DNA of 63,583 nt, the filler included. It is 9 parts of 9 records of this genome, joined end to end, with 100 filler letters (N's around TTAATTAATTAA, not from the genome) between each part and the next. Parts side by side here need not be neighbours in the genome. Positions count along the whole stretch, not along the records: positions 40,662 to 49,998 come from SRR31147125_46466; positions 50,099 to 55,404 come from SRR31147125_46474; 7 more parts are not named here. One strand, written 5' to 3'. The position numbers and the translations under genes were made by a program. Positions 40,662 through 52,719 of the stretch are shown piece after piece. The number at the start of each line of letters is the position of its first letter. Position 1 is the first letter of the stretch. The notes under the pieces were generated by a model. That model had not been told where the DNA came from and made no database searches. It worked only from the letters and a program-made list of their open reading frames with translations.

Positions 40662-42069
40662 AAAAGTCGGCCAGGCTGATTGTTGAAAATAATCTGTTTT
40701 CAAGACATCCAGTTTGAGAATTTTAGGCACATCCGTGGTATCAATGATGCCTCCTAAAATTCCCACGTGGGAAGAACCGTAAAGTACCAGATTGGTTTGC
40801 CCCCAACCTCCATCAATCGCGTCTCCTGTTGCATAGGGACTGATACCATATTTTTCCTTTCGAATAGCTTCGTGTCCGATATAGGAAAAGGGATCATATA
40901 CAGATGACCATTCATCGCTGTCTTGTTTGTGCGGTGGTAAAAAGTTTGGATAAAAGAGTCGGGATGCATTGGCAACATTTAAAACCCATTTGGCTATCGC
41001 CCTGGCGAATCGCTCGTCATATCGAACAAGTGGCACTAAAGCACCCACTTGCTCAAATCCATTCATCATAAACGCATAATCATTACCGGAGATCTCTCCG
41101 ATCAGACCAGACACATCATAACCACCCCAAGTCCCTATTATGGCACCCCAGCTTCTCAGCGGTGAGTGATCAAAGCACCAGTTTATCATTTTTTCAATAT
41201 TGTATGTTGTATTGAGCTCCGCATTCATCCGTGCGGCCGTATAGACGCCATAAGGTAACTGTAATTCATAGGAAGGATTACTGGAAAGTTGATTGAGATA
41301 TTCCATAGCCCATTCGGCGCCAATACGATAATTTTCATTTCCTGTCTGGTTGTAAGCCGAATAAAGGATCCAGGCTATTGCGCCGGCAGCTTCCGGCTCA
41401 ACAACTCCGGAGGTTAATGGTTTCATTTGCGAAAAAGACCAGGCCCTGTAATTCATTTTCGGGATTTTCCATGGGGTCATACTCCCCCCCATTTTGTCGA
41501 CAGCCGTTAACCATTGATTCGCAACAGTTGTAAATTGATACTCAAAATCACCGGTACCAGGATAAAGATCGTATAACTGATAAAAAAAGATGTTTGGCAT
41601 GGTATCGTACCACCAGTCATCACCACTTTGGGCAATGGGATGGTTAAGATAGATGTTCTCTTCAGGTCTTTTATTAAAATATTCCTCACACATTAAAACC
41701 CAGTTTTGTCCGTTTTGATTACTTTTATTAATTCCAACCAGAGATGCGCTGATAACAGCAGGCAGAGCGTTTATGGCTTCGGAAGAGTAGGGACTGGTTG
41801 TTCCGACAACCGTATGCAAACCAAAGCTTTCATGTTGAGGATAGTTGACCGTCGTCATATTTCGCCAAATCAGAGGAAGATACTGTCCTGTTGGATTAAA
41901 ATCAAAGACCAACGAATCATATCCCATTGCGACCTGTTTCCAATCCCTCATGACATAGGGTGAAGGTTGATTTGGCATGGATTCAATTCGTGGAATAGAA
42001 ATCTGTTCCTGAGCAAAAAGTATCGTGGAGATTAGTAGCAGGAAAATAAAAATTATCTTTTTTACACAT
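40662..42069 (-). CDS. Large secreted uncharacterised protein, possible glycoside hydrolase, 3' partial; start/signal peptide apparently frameshifted
   Basis: Long Trp/Tyr/Asp/Glu-rich ORF; in-frame upstream KIIFIFLLLISTILFAQ signal-like segment. Confidence 0.6.
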
Positions 42070-42113
42070 TTTAAACATCTCGAAAGAAGATCATTTCATT
42101 ATTGCGTTGCCTT

Positions 42114-43022
42114 TTATGATTCGCAAAGAGACAATAAATAATCTACGCTGGTTGTAGCCAGGCAAACATTCATATCTGCACCGGAATAGTAAATATTCAC
42201 GTTACCATCCGGTTTTACAATCCATCCGGTTGAAAACACAACATTATTTACATCTCCGCTCCGTTCATAGGGCATTTCCGGAGCCAAAATCGGGTATACA
42301 CTGCGGCCCAACACCTTCCATGGCTTTTTTAAATCAAGGAGCATTACACCCAGCTTGTAAACAGTCGCATGACCGAAACTGCGAACACCATGGTATAACA
42401 TAAGCCATCCTTTGTCTGTTTTCACTGGTTGACTGGAGGCACCGATTTTAGTTGTTTCCCAGGTTCCCTTTTTCCCTGTCAGTAAAAAGCGATAACCGCC
42501 CCAGTGCAACAGATCAGGACTTTTATTGATCCACATATCTCCCTGATTTTCACTCACAGAGGGTCTATCAATCTTCCAGTAATACCCATTCATTTTTTCC
42601 GGAAACAGAACGGCATCTTTATTGCTTGGTTCTGAAACCGGTCCGTGGAAAACAAAATCTTTAAAATTGGTTGTTTCCGCTAACATAACCAAAGGTTCGT
42701 TGGCCGAGTAACCTGTATAAAGAATATAATATCGATCCTCAATGAACGTAACTCTGGGATCTTCAATGCCCCATTCCACATAATCGTAAAATTCCTTATG
42801 ATTTTCCGAAGTCAGGCACGGTTTTTCATCCACCTGAAAATGTATGCCATCTGAGCTTTTCGCAAGAACCAATGAAGATCGACCATCCGGCATTTCAGCA
42901 CGGCAAAGTAGATAATAATTATCTTTCATTAAAAACGCTGCCGCGTTAAATATACTATTTACACGAAAAGGTACATTTTCTATTGTTATTATGGGATTAT
43001 TTTCAAAACGCAAAATTGACAT
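42114..43022 (-). CDS. GH130 beta-mannoside phosphorylase/hydrolase
   Basis: NPII, IFNAA, GIEDPRV, NKDAVLFPEK, DRP, LYHG, NVVF, YYSGAD. Confidence 0.92.
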   Translation of the reverse strand: MSILRFENNPIITIENVPFRVNSIFNAAAFLMKDNYYLLCRAEMPDGRSSLVLAKSSDGIHFQVDEKPCLTSENHKEFYDYVEWGIEDPRVTFIEDRYYILYTGYSANEPLVMLAETTNFKDFVFHGPVSEPSNKDAVLFPEKMNGYYWKIDRPSVSENQGDMWINKSPDLLHWGGYRFLLTGKKGTWETTKIGASSQPVKTDKGWLMLYHGVRSFGHATVYKLGVMLLDLKKPWKVLGRSVYPILAPEMPYERSGDVNNVVFSTGWIVKPDGNVNIYYSGADMNVCLATTSVDYLLSLCES

Positions 43023-43078
43023 CGAGTCCTCTTTTCTGTTTTCAGTTGGTACATGGTATATAAAAACACACCATTTAG

Positions 43079-44348
43079 TTAAATCATATTTTTAATAATT
43101 TCACCCAGCTCTGCTGTGGCAAATCCACAGGCATAATCTGACATGGCATAAGGTATCATTATATAGTCTCTAAATTTCATAGAACCGCAGGAATAAACAA
43201 CATTCGGCACATAGCCGTCACGTTCGGATTCATTTGGGATCAATAAAGGTTGCGGAAGGGATCCGATTATTTTTGCGGGATTCTGTTTATCCAATAAATA
43301 GGCACTCATAACATATTGTCGCATAGCACCAACACTGTGGCTCAACAACAGCCAACTGGCATCCGTTTCAATCGGAGAACCACAATTACCCAATTGAACA
43401 AATTCCCAGGAATTCTCAGGTTCCTGAATTAGTTCTGCCTCATCCCAATATAAGAGATCATCTGAAAACATGATATAAATATTTTCGCCATCCTGACGGG
43501 AAATCATGGCGTACTTGCCATTGATTTTTTGGAAAAAGGGCCATACCCTTGTTTTGAGAAGCAGCACCGTTCAGGCAATGAGTTTTAAAAGTCATAAAAT
43601 CGCTGGTTTCCATAAGTTTTGATTGTATTCGATACCCGTCATAGGCAGTATAGGAGCCATAATAAGTATAGGTTCCATCGTCCTTTTGGAACCGGACCAG
43701 GCGAACATCTTCTATTCCATTGCATTCATCCGGGGTGGTGGGGAAAATTGCACGTTCAGAGAGGTCTGTATGTTCATTAAAGGTAAATTTCGCTTCATTT
43801 TGTTGCACATTTACATTATCCGGATTTGTAGCAAAAGCATTAATTGGATCCGGAATAATATCGCAATTAGAATGAATAACACCTGTGGAAAATTCCACAC
43901 TGGATATATGGCCTTCGCCGGTTGCGCGCAAGCTCATCACATAACGAATTTGATCTTTATCCAATCCACTTTGATCCGGATGTGGAACCATGGAGGGATT
44001 AAACAAGGCGGCCGATTCGAGTGAGTATTCATTTGTAAAATAGCTGCCGACGAGTAATTGCTGATCATTGGTCAGGGTCAACTCAGAATCGATAAAATGC
44101 GATATTTGATCAAAGTTGGACATTAACAGGGCCCGAAAGTCCCTGTGGCGATGTGCAAATAATGACAGCACCCCATTCAGATTTGCTGTTACTTCTTCTG
44201 AGGAAAGAGACATTATTCTGGAGATAACCTTTTTTGACCTCAGTTCACCACCCGGGTCAAAAAATCGTCCAAGCACTCTTTTTCTGTTGGCGTAAAATCG
44301 TGTTGATTTTCTACTTAATATACTTAATTCCTGCATATTCACTTTCAC
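43079..44348 (-). CDS. GH130 family protein with N-terminal extension, frameshifted at the A run near 43525
   Basis: EYSLESAALFNPS, RATGEGHISS, GIEDVR, NKGMALFP, SRQDGEN, GNCGSP, GYVPNVVYSCG. Confidence 0.9.
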
Positions 44349-44379
44349 TTTTCTTTAAAATTCTATAATTACAATGAAT

Positions 44380-46859
44380 CTAAAATTGAAAAATACACTG
44401 ATTTTTTTCTACCTGACAAATGTCTTCAAAAATAAAAGTATAAATCCCATTTTCCGATTTTGTGATAATATTATTTTCCTTCTGCCCATTCATTATAAAC
44501 TCTTTTAAAGGAAAAGGAGAAATCACGTCCAGTTTCAGGTTTTGTTGTTTTATCCCATTAAAATCTATCCGGAGCTGTTGAGTTTTCTCATCATAAACAA
44601 CATGATGAATCTGACCTTCCGCATAGGCCAGATACGGAGAACCAGGACGACCTCTTTCAAGACATATTTTTTTTGCCGGGTTATATATTACAGCTGAATA
44701 GCTCTTTTGACCATCGATATTCATATTTTTGAAAAATAATCCTTTTTCTGAAAAAGAGACACGACATAAATCACCTTTAATTTTTGCATCAAACCCGACA
44801 TTTTCAAAATCATCCGGATATTCGGGAGATAACCAGAGATGCCAGGGATTATTCCGGAGTCCGGATAGTTGATATAGCACATGCATATACCAACCCGCAG
44901 CCCACAAAAAAGTCGGTTTGTCAATGGCCCCATAATTGGGAGCCTGTGGATCTGTAACACGATATTCATAAAAAGAAGGTTGTCCGTGAGGGCTGTTTCG
45001 GATACCATCTATTGTCATATATTTTTTGATAACGTGTTTCGCCTCATTGAGCTGATGTGAAGCAATTAATCCCAACGCATACCAGGCATTACCCTGCGGC
45101 CAGACACCGGCATTAAAATAATAATACGGTTCTCCCACTTCCTGATCTTTGAAATGGTATAGATCGATCAAAGTATGAAAATCCGGTGGCCAGGCGTTTC
45201 GAATACCAATCTGTTCATCCAATAACGTATTTTTAGCTGTCTGTAAAAGTTTCGATTTTTGTTGTTCTCCAATGGCATCAAATACACACGCCATCAAGGA
45301 GCCAGAGTAGTAATGATAATCCAGTGTCGATTCATCCAGAAAATTCACCAGATAGCTTTGCTTTTCATTCCACAATTTTGCGGATAAACTTGATTTCATT
45401 CGGGATACCTGTTTTATATAGGAATCCAGATCTTTATCCTTTCCTAATTTCGAAGAAATGAAAGAAAAATCCTCGAGCGCACGAATTGTGAGTATTGTTA
45501 TATATGCTCTGGCACCATATTTATCACCAATATCCCACCAATCCGGTCGTTTGGCATACATCAAATGGTCTTTACCCATATTTTGTAGCATGAAATTCAA
45601 ACTCTTTTTCAGGATTGGGTAAAGTTTTTCGACGGTTTCTTTATCATTGCTGTGTTTCAGGTAGGCACTGGCTGAAATAATGAACCACAGATGATTCCAA
45701 TTATCGGAAAAACATTGTTCTGTAATATATTGATTATCTTTCCAATAATAGGCATGGGGTAAAATGGAATCAGATTTTGTTTTTGACAATAGAAATTCAT
45801 ATCCGCTTTTCACGTATTCAGTATCGTAAATCATAGCGCCAAGGTCATTAACGAGCAAATCATGGGTAAAGAAAAAATTATATTCAGCCGGACAAGGCAT
45901 GGGTACAATGTCACCATCAATATAATGCTGTAAACTTGCGATCATGGCTTTTGACCAAAAAACGTTCTTTTTCAATTCAGGATCCGGTACATCGAAGACG
46001 GTTTGGTTAAAAGCGTAATTCGTGATTTTATCTTCAGTCTCCTGGTACTCTTTTCCCACTCTTTTTTCGCTTTATGAATGTTATTATTCTTTTCCGATTG
46101 TTTGCAGGTACCGATCAGGTACACAAGACTTTCTTTTTCACCTGACTTGATTTTGTGTTCATGAGTCAATTGTAAAACAGGTGATTGAGTATTGATAGAA
46201 ACATCTTTTAGTGTTTTGTTTTGTGAGCTTCCTTTATCCGAAACATCCGCCAAATAAACGATAATAGAATCCGTTGCGGTGTCACTATAATACGCGCAAG
46301 AAAGGGCATTATTCTCCTGAATCACACTTGCAGGAGTTTTGTTTTGATAAGAGTGACTTGTTCTCAGTGTGGTGTTTAACGATACAAGCACGTTCACAGT
46401 GTCTGTTCCCAGATTCAATTTCTCCAATTCCATTTTCAGTACCATTACGGGCATGTTTTCGAAAAATTCATACTGAATGTCAATACAATAATCCTGCAGA
46501 GTATCTGAAAAGATCGCTGACCAGGGTGTGTATTTATACGGCATTGATTGCAGTCCAAGAGTATCCGTTTTTCCATTGCAGGTAAACTGAAATGTTAATG
46601 GTAATGACAGATCCCGTTCCCAATAGCCCGTACTGTTATCAATACTATTGGCTACAGGGTAATAAAAGCTGATACGAGACGGAACAGGACGACTGTGATG
46701 AAATTCAGCACCAACATAGTGGCTGCCAATTTCAACCTGACCATATTTCCCGTCAAAACGTTCATATAATTCATCCATCTTCCTGCCCGCACGACAGGAA
46801 AAGAGACAAACAGATAGAAGAAAAATAATAAAAAGTTTATGCTTTACATTAAAATTCAT
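44380..46859 (-). CDS. Lipoprotein with probable (alpha/alpha)6 glycosidase domain (amylo-alpha-1,6-glucosidase/GH94/GH116-like), frameshifted near 46052
   Basis: Lipobox LFSC; FFTHD, PDWWD, YFNAGVWP; the two ORFs join as EWEKEYQET with one extra A. Confidence 0.65.
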
Positions 46860-46896
46860 ACTAACACTCTCAGACTCATTAAACATATATTAAAGA

Positions 46897-48269
46897 TCAT
46901 TTTTCAAACATAAAAGACGGCCATGGTGGAGTCACGCGTGACGAATACTGACCAGGACGAAGAGCAATAACCGGAATATCGGTTAGCACTATATCTTTGA
47001 GTAATTTATCGTTAATTTCAACAGGATATTTGTTCTGCAATTTATCTAAAAGGTCCTCTATTTGCTTCCTTTCGACACTTTCACTTACCATTTCAGCCAA
47101 ATAATAATCCTGCCATACCCGGACATCTTTTTTAACCATGGGCTCATCTTCAAGTCCTAACCGTCTTCCTTCACGGTTCAATAAAACATCACGAATGATA
47201 AGACTGAACTGATCATTAAGTGCCTTATAACACGCTGATTTGTTCTTTTGATTCAGGTTAAAGTGATAACCTCGCCATCGCAATATAAAGTCTTCAACCG
47301 TCAAACTGCCATTTCGAAAAGTAACCACATCTTTTGCTTTTATATTTTGTAAATTTGTATTCGTCTTTTGCCATGTTTCTTCTTCGAGAGGGATTTCCTT
47401 CATGTCGAGATCTGTTTGATCTTTATTTTCCCAGAATAGATCCACCATTGTGTTAATTATCTGTCGAACCAACGTTGGATCAAATTTGACCTGTTGTTGC
47501 TGCATAAACTGTGAAACATACTGCTGACTGAGCAGGGCTTCCTGGCGGGCAGACAAAATCCGTTTGACTTTACTTTGCAATTCAGTGTATTTTGATTCTG
47601 TGATAATCTTATTATATTGTATGCTTTCGCACCGGAGAATCATGTACCCATCACTCACACTTGTGATCCCGGAAAGTTCATTTAACGCCAGATTGAACAC
47701 CGTTTCTTCCAAAACCGGATCATTTTCACCCCATTTGAAAAGACGCCTGTTCACAAGTGTATCGGCATTAGCTCCATAAATATCCTGCAACACCTCATGA
47801 AAAGACGTGGTTTGCCACATTTTGAGATATTTCTCAGCAATAGATTTATCTCTGACATATAGAAAAGAAACTATTCGCTCCTGTTGACTGTTATTGATAG
47901 CCTGTTCCACAGTCCCAGGATCAAGTTGTACATATTCCTGGACTTTTACTTTAAACAGCGCCCTTTGAATCGCCATATCTTCAATAAATAAAGAAAGATT
48001 TTTTATTTTTTTGATTGATCCAGTTTTTGTTCTTCGGCTTCAATGGCCAGCAGTTTTTCATTGATCAGTATATCAAGCAGCTGCTTTTTGTCAAATTTTT
48101 GTTGAACAGTCAATCGTTCCGGACTAAATTCGGCGCGATTAGTAAATTCATCAACCGAAATCACCCGATTTCCAATTGTTGCCAAAATCTGTTCCGATGG
48201 TTTCTTTTCAGAACAATTCAAAAAGGTCATACAAAAAATTGGCAAAATATATGATAAAATATTTTTCAT
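46897..48269 (-). CDS. SurA/PrsA-like peptidyl-prolyl isomerase/chaperone lipoprotein, frameshifted near 48008
   Basis: Lipobox FLNC, ILATIG..ISVDEF, LINEKLLA.EA, VFNLALNELSG..GYMIL. Confidence 0.7.
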
Positions 48270-49645
48270 AATGCGTTGACAGTTAATTCCATATTCTTTT
48301 TATTGGTATCCCATTTTGCGATAACAGACTCTGTTTTATTTGAAAATCTGTTAACGACAATGTGGGCATCCTGTATAAAAAAGGATTTGGGCGTTTCCAG
48401 CGGAATAGCCTGCAGCCATTTCGCAGCAAGTGGTTCCTTTTCAATTTCAACGAGTGTAAACAAACCTTCAATGGTCGATTCCGCTCCGGAATTTCGATTT
48501 ATTCCTTTTTTGTCAATGCCGTCATAAACGCGTCCTGTTTCTGGATCATACATGGATCCCTGTTTTAAATTATTGCCATAAAACCACGAAGCAGATAATC
48601 CGGCAAGGATAGCATATTTCTTATCCCCTGTTAACCGGTATAGCTTGAGTAATCCCAAAGATGTTGTTCGAATATCATAGGCAATTTGCGGGAAATCTTT
48701 TCTTTTATTTCCTTTCATATCCATATTACTTAATAATTGGCCGGCAGCCAGGCGGCACAGAAATTGATCAGCTGATTTTATTGCTGCATCACGCAACTTG
48801 TCATCCCCTATTACCCTGGATAACTCAGCTAAAGCCTGCACCTGTGAATTGCCCCAGGCATGCCAATAGCCTGGCCATGATTCAAACGCTCCAGACATGG
48901 TTGAATGATCCTGTACTTGCATAGCTAAAATCCCTTCAGCCAGTTTACGGGCGTAACCTGTTAGTTGTGTATGCTTTTCACCCTGAAGAAAGGCAGCAAT
49001 GCCCAGGAGTAGCTCCGATGTTGCATCACTTCCATATTTGATCATCAGCCACCTTGGATAAGCTTTTTCATTTTTCTCTTCGTACTGCCCATAGTCTCTT
49101 AAAATTGAACCTATCGAATTCAGACATTTCAAAAAAGCTGTTTTTAACGAATCGGCATACATCGGATCCTGCTGTTTGAAAAAAGCATAACCTTCGCCAA
49201 GGGCCCAGTAACCACGTGCCGCCCAGAAAGCAAAATCTTTGCGGCTGGTTTCACCGGTTTTATTAATGCTCAGATCCGCCTGAATGAAATTGTAAAACTC
49301 ACCATCCTCAGCCTGCATAACACGGACAAAGTTGAGTAAACCTTTTATTCTTTTTATTCGATCATTGGTAATGTAATCTGACGCTTTCATATAAATAACA
49401 GCCGCCCGAGCAACATCGTCGACACAGGCAATTCCTTCTTCACTAGCGTCTGTCCATTTGTACGAAGGAGCGTCGGCATAAATATGCACAATCGTGCAGT
49501 GTTGCCCGAAAAGTGTAATATCCTCGCACAAGGCATCAAGATGGTTTAAATTCACAGAGGAATGTGAAATATTAACACCACAATGCAAAAAAACGCTTAA
49601 TAAAACCAGCAAAATTATAGAATAAACTCTTATCATAGGCCTCAT
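48266..49645 (-). CDS. Uncharacterised lipoprotein resembling the six-hairpin domain usually fused to GT4 glycosyltransferases in GH130 operons
   Basis: CVDDVARA, FYNF, WFYGNN..MYDPETG..DG..NRNSGAESTI. Confidence 0.65.
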   Translation of the reverse strand: MRPMIRVYSIILLVLLSVFLHCGVNISHSSVNLNHLDALCEDITLFGQHCTIVHIYADAPSYKWTDASEEGIACVDDVARAAVIYMKASDYITNDRIKRIKGLLNFVRVMQAEDGEFYNFIQADLSINKTGETSRKDFAFWAARGYWALGEGYAFFKQQDPMYADSLKTAFLKCLNSIGSILRDYGQYEEKNEKAYPRWLMIKYGSDATSELLLGIAAFLQGEKHTQLTGYARKLAEGILAMQVQDHSTMSGAFESWPGYWHAWGNSQVQALAELSRVIGDDKLRDAAIKSADQFLCRLAAGQLLSNMDMKGNKRKDFPQIAYDIRTTSLGLLKLYRLTGDKKYAILAGLSASWFYGNNLKQGSMYDPETGRVYDGIDKKGINRNSGAESTIEGLFTLVEIEKEPLAAKWLQAIPLETPKSFFIQDAHIVVNRFSNKTESVIAKWDTNKKNMELTVNAL

Positions 49646-49998
49646 CCTTTCATCCCGGTGCTGGCAATACTCTCGACAAAATATTTTTGAAAAAAGGAAT
49701 AGGCGATAACAATAGGCAATGCCATAATCAGTGCAGCCGCCAGTTTTGAACCCAATTGAGCTTGTGCCATACCACCTACAGTAAAAATAGTAACTATCTG
49801 TGGCATTGTCATAAGGGACTGATTTCGAATAACAATTAAAGGCCACAGAGCTTCGTTCCAGGTATTCATAAATGTAATAATGCCAACCGTGATAATGATA
49901 GGTTTTGACAGAGGCCAGATAATTTTAAACAGAATTTGATAATCTGACAAGCCATCGACTCTTGCCGCATCGATCAGGGATTGCGGGATGGTCAAAAA
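49642..49998 (-). CDS. Carbohydrate ABC transporter permease, 5' partial
   Basis: EAA loop IPQSLIDAARVDG, WNEALWPL, FQKYFV. Confidence 0.92.
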   Translation of the reverse strand, partial: FLTIPQSLIDAARVDGLSDYQILFKIIWPLSKPIIITVGIITFMNTWNEALWPLIVIRNQSLMTMPQIVTIFTVGGMAQAQLGSKLAAALIMALPIVIAYSFFQKYFVESIASTGMKG

Positions 49999-50110
49999 NN
50001 NNNNNNNNNNNNNNNNNNNNNNNNNNNNNNNNNNNNNNNNNNTTAATTAATTAANNNNNNNNNNNNNNNNNNNNNNNNNNNNNNNNNNNNNNNNNNNNTT
50101 GCTGTGGTTA

Positions 50111-50128
50111 TTAATTGCCGGGTTAATA
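50111..50128. mobile_element. Possible IS/MITE terminal sequence at contig edge
   Basis: TTAATTGCCGGGTTAATA resembles IS terminal repeats recalled from deltaproteobacterial genomes; no transposase in the window. Confidence 0.35.
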
Positions 50129-50129
50129 C

Positions 50130-50165
50130 AAAAGGGCCGCCCTGCTTATGAGGGGACCCCTTTTT
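50130..50165. terminator. Intrinsic terminator downstream of the cyclase gene
   Basis: AAAAGGG..CCCT/AGGG..CCC-TTTTT hairpin flanked by A and T runs. Confidence 0.65.
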
Positions 50166-50196
50166 AAAATGGCGTGAGCCACCATTTGAGCTCGGG

Positions 50197-51192
50197 TTAT
50201 TTTATAGCGATCGGAGAGAGCACACTTCCCACTCCGCCGATGATCTTCAGCGGCGGTGCCGAAACCAGGAATTCATAAACGCCGTCCTTGGCACAATCTT
50301 CCGCCAACAGCTCCAAGTCCCACAACTCTCCCAGCGGCATGCCTTGATGGACCAGCAGTTCAACATGCACCGGAAAGCCTTTAAAACCGCGATCATTCAC
50401 CTTACCGATATCATCGGGCCGGAACGGGATCACCTCCACGCCCATGTTGTCGCAGGCCACCGCGGCCACCTGCCTGTCTTTCAGCCATTTACACGCCTGC
50501 AGCCCAAGGCCGGGCTCACCCAACTCGTACGGCTCCGACCCTCGCACCGGTGTTTTCCATTTCCGCATAATCTTCATCCAACCCGTACGGACCAGCAGGA
50601 TATCTCCCGGCTGCACCTTTACTTTCTGCGCCCGCTCGGCTGCGTCCAAATCTTCGGGGGTAATCGCATAGCCTTTCTCCAGATTGGGAACGTTCTTCAA
50701 TTTGGCAATGTCCAGCAAAACCCCACGGGATACCACCCGATCGGCCCATAGATGAATGCTCAAATTCTTCTTCGAGCCACGCGCTATGCTGGGAGCGTCA
50801 TATCCATTATACATCTTGCCTTCCCAGACACAGTGGGGCAGCCCATCCCACTGCGTGGAGAACTGCGAATGCATAACGATCATGTCATCGGTAAAGCCGA
50901 TACCCCCTTCCGGCGAAAAGGCCGGGGTGACATGGGTCATGTAGTGCTGAAAACTTCGCCCCGTCCATCCTGGCATGTCGGGCTTCAACTCGATGGCCAG
51001 GTTAAAGACTTTACCTTTTTTGATCAATTTACCCGCCTGGGCCACCTTTTCAGCCGTGATGTAATTGAGCGTACCCAGCTGATCATCCTTGCCCCACTTG
51101 CCCCAATTCTTCCCGAATGGAGATCCCGCCAAAACGATCGTCGCCGATAAAATGATAGCCAACGAAACAAACAACACCTGGATCCTCTTCAT
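50197..51192 (-). CDS. Secreted cyclase-family (kynurenine formamidase-like) metallohydrolase
   Basis: Signal peptide, NWGKWG.DDQLGTLN, STQWDGLPH, GDILLVRTG, GELWDL. Confidence 0.88.
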   Translation of the reverse strand: MKRIQVLFVSLAIILSATIVLAGSPFGKNWGKWGKDDQLGTLNYITAEKVAQAGKLIKKGKVFNLAIELKPDMPGWTGRSFQHYMTHVTPAFSPEGGIGFTDDMIVMHSQFSTQWDGLPHCVWEGKMYNGYDAPSIARGSKKNLSIHLWADRVVSRGVLLDIAKLKNVPNLEKGYAITPEDLDAAERAQKVKVQPGDILLVRTGWMKIMRKWKTPVRGSEPYELGEPGLGLQACKWLKDRQVAAVACDNMGVEVIPFRPDDIGKVNDRGFKGFPVHVELLVHQGMPLGELWDLELLAEDCAKDGVYEFLVSAPPLKIIGGVGSVLSPIAIK

Positions 51193-51616
51193 ACACTACC
51201 CCTTTTCATAATATTGGTGTGAGCGTTTTTTTACCAACGCACTTTCCGCACATAATGCCCGGAAGTGCGCTGACAGGTGGAAAAAGCAGATAACATACAG
51301 GTTGGTTCTATGATGCGTCCGTGCGATGGCGCACACGCACACCCGATCGTCACTTCAGGCTTGAGGAGACAAACAATACACCTTTGAACAGTATGACCGC
51401 AAGAAAAGTACTGATGAATAAGCTTACTATGCAGAGCGTCGAACCATTAAGTAATAGCCCTGTATACAATGAGCATCATGCCATAATGGTCATCAATAGT
51501 AAAGTATGGAACACACCTGCAGAAGCGAGGCGTCATAAAGACAGGCAGAAGGAGCGAATCACCCACATCATAAGCCGCCGGCGCGCTACGGAACACCAGT
51601 CCCGTGTATATAAAAG

Positions 51617-51841
51617 TTAAGCGGCCATCCTTGCCAAATAACTGTATAGAAACTGGTTGAGAATTTGTCCGTCTTTAAAGGCATTTGAACGAAAGGTTAC
51701 CGCATCACTACGGCTATACGGATGGGGAAACGCATCCCTCAAATTCATCCATATTCTTCTGTTGTTTGCGTATTGCGCAATTGACGGCGCATCTTCCATC
51801 CGCCAGTCACGAATGATGTAGTTGCCAATTAATTGATTCAT
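51617..51841 (-). pseudogene. RimJ/RimL-type GNAT acetyltransferase with a large internal deletion
   Basis: N-terminal IRDWRMEDA..ANNRRIWMNLRDAFPHPY joined directly to C-terminal FKDGQILNQFLY. Confidence 0.7.
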
Positions 51842-51882
51842 GTCCGATACGATGAAAATTAATTTTGATGCAGATAGAACGC

Positions 51883-52311
51883 CTATTGCATCCCGGATTT
51901 TTTGATAACCGCCGTAGCCTCTATCTCGAGCAACATGCCGTTGACAAAAAGCCTGTTTATCTCAACAAAGGTGCTTGCCGGATAGTAATCACCAAAGTAC
52001 TTTTTAAAAATCCGGCCGCACTCTTTCCCTTTCGCAAAAAAGGCATCGCGATCAGTACAATAAATCGTCATTTTTACAATGTCGGTCATTTTTGCCCCTC
52101 CAATCGACATGACCTCTTGAATGTTGTTGAATATTTGGTCATATTGAAGGCACATATCGTCCTCTCCAACCAAGTTACCCTCTGCGTCGAAAGCCCCCTG
52201 ACCGGCCGCAAACAACGTCGTCCCGCCCGTGGTCTTCACCAGATTCGAATATCCGCGAGGCTTTTTCCAGGTTGGTGGATTAAGCACTTCCTTCAAAGTT
52301 GATTTTTCCAT
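51883..52311 (-). CDS. RidA/YjgF family protein
   Basis: GYS, AGQ, DIVKMTIY, YYPASTFVEI..L..LLEIEATA. Confidence 0.9.
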   Translation of the reverse strand: MEKSTLKEVLNPPTWKKPRGYSNLVKTTGGTTLFAAGQGAFDAEGNLVGEDDMCLQYDQIFNNIQEVMSIGGAKMTDIVKMTIYCTDRDAFFAKGKECGRIFKKYFGDYYPASTFVEINRLFVNGMLLEIEATAVIKKSGMQ

Positions 52312-52719
52312 GATTCATTTTCTCCCTTTATAAGATTATGGATTCACCCGCTTCATCAAGTTTGTTCATTTCTTCTCCCGATAGCAACATGGAAAAGGTC
52401 AGCGGTCGCACAAAAAGACTCACGAGTGGACCAGAACGATCTTAAGAATCAGTTCCGGCACCAACATGTCTATAAGCCCTGCGCCAATCAGACAGGGCAT
52501 CGGACAAAACAGACCTCCACAGACACTTTATGACAAGGAGAACGGCGTAAGAAACTGAAGCTTGAAAAACAATTGCCGACAGCGGTTTCCAATGTTCACG
52601 AAATAGGAATAGTTTCATTGCCTGATTTGCTACCCCTCCCTCTGTATAAGTAACGAAACTCACTGTTTCTGACTACTGCCCGATTCGTACCGGACAATAA
52701 AAGGCAAATCCCCAATGTT

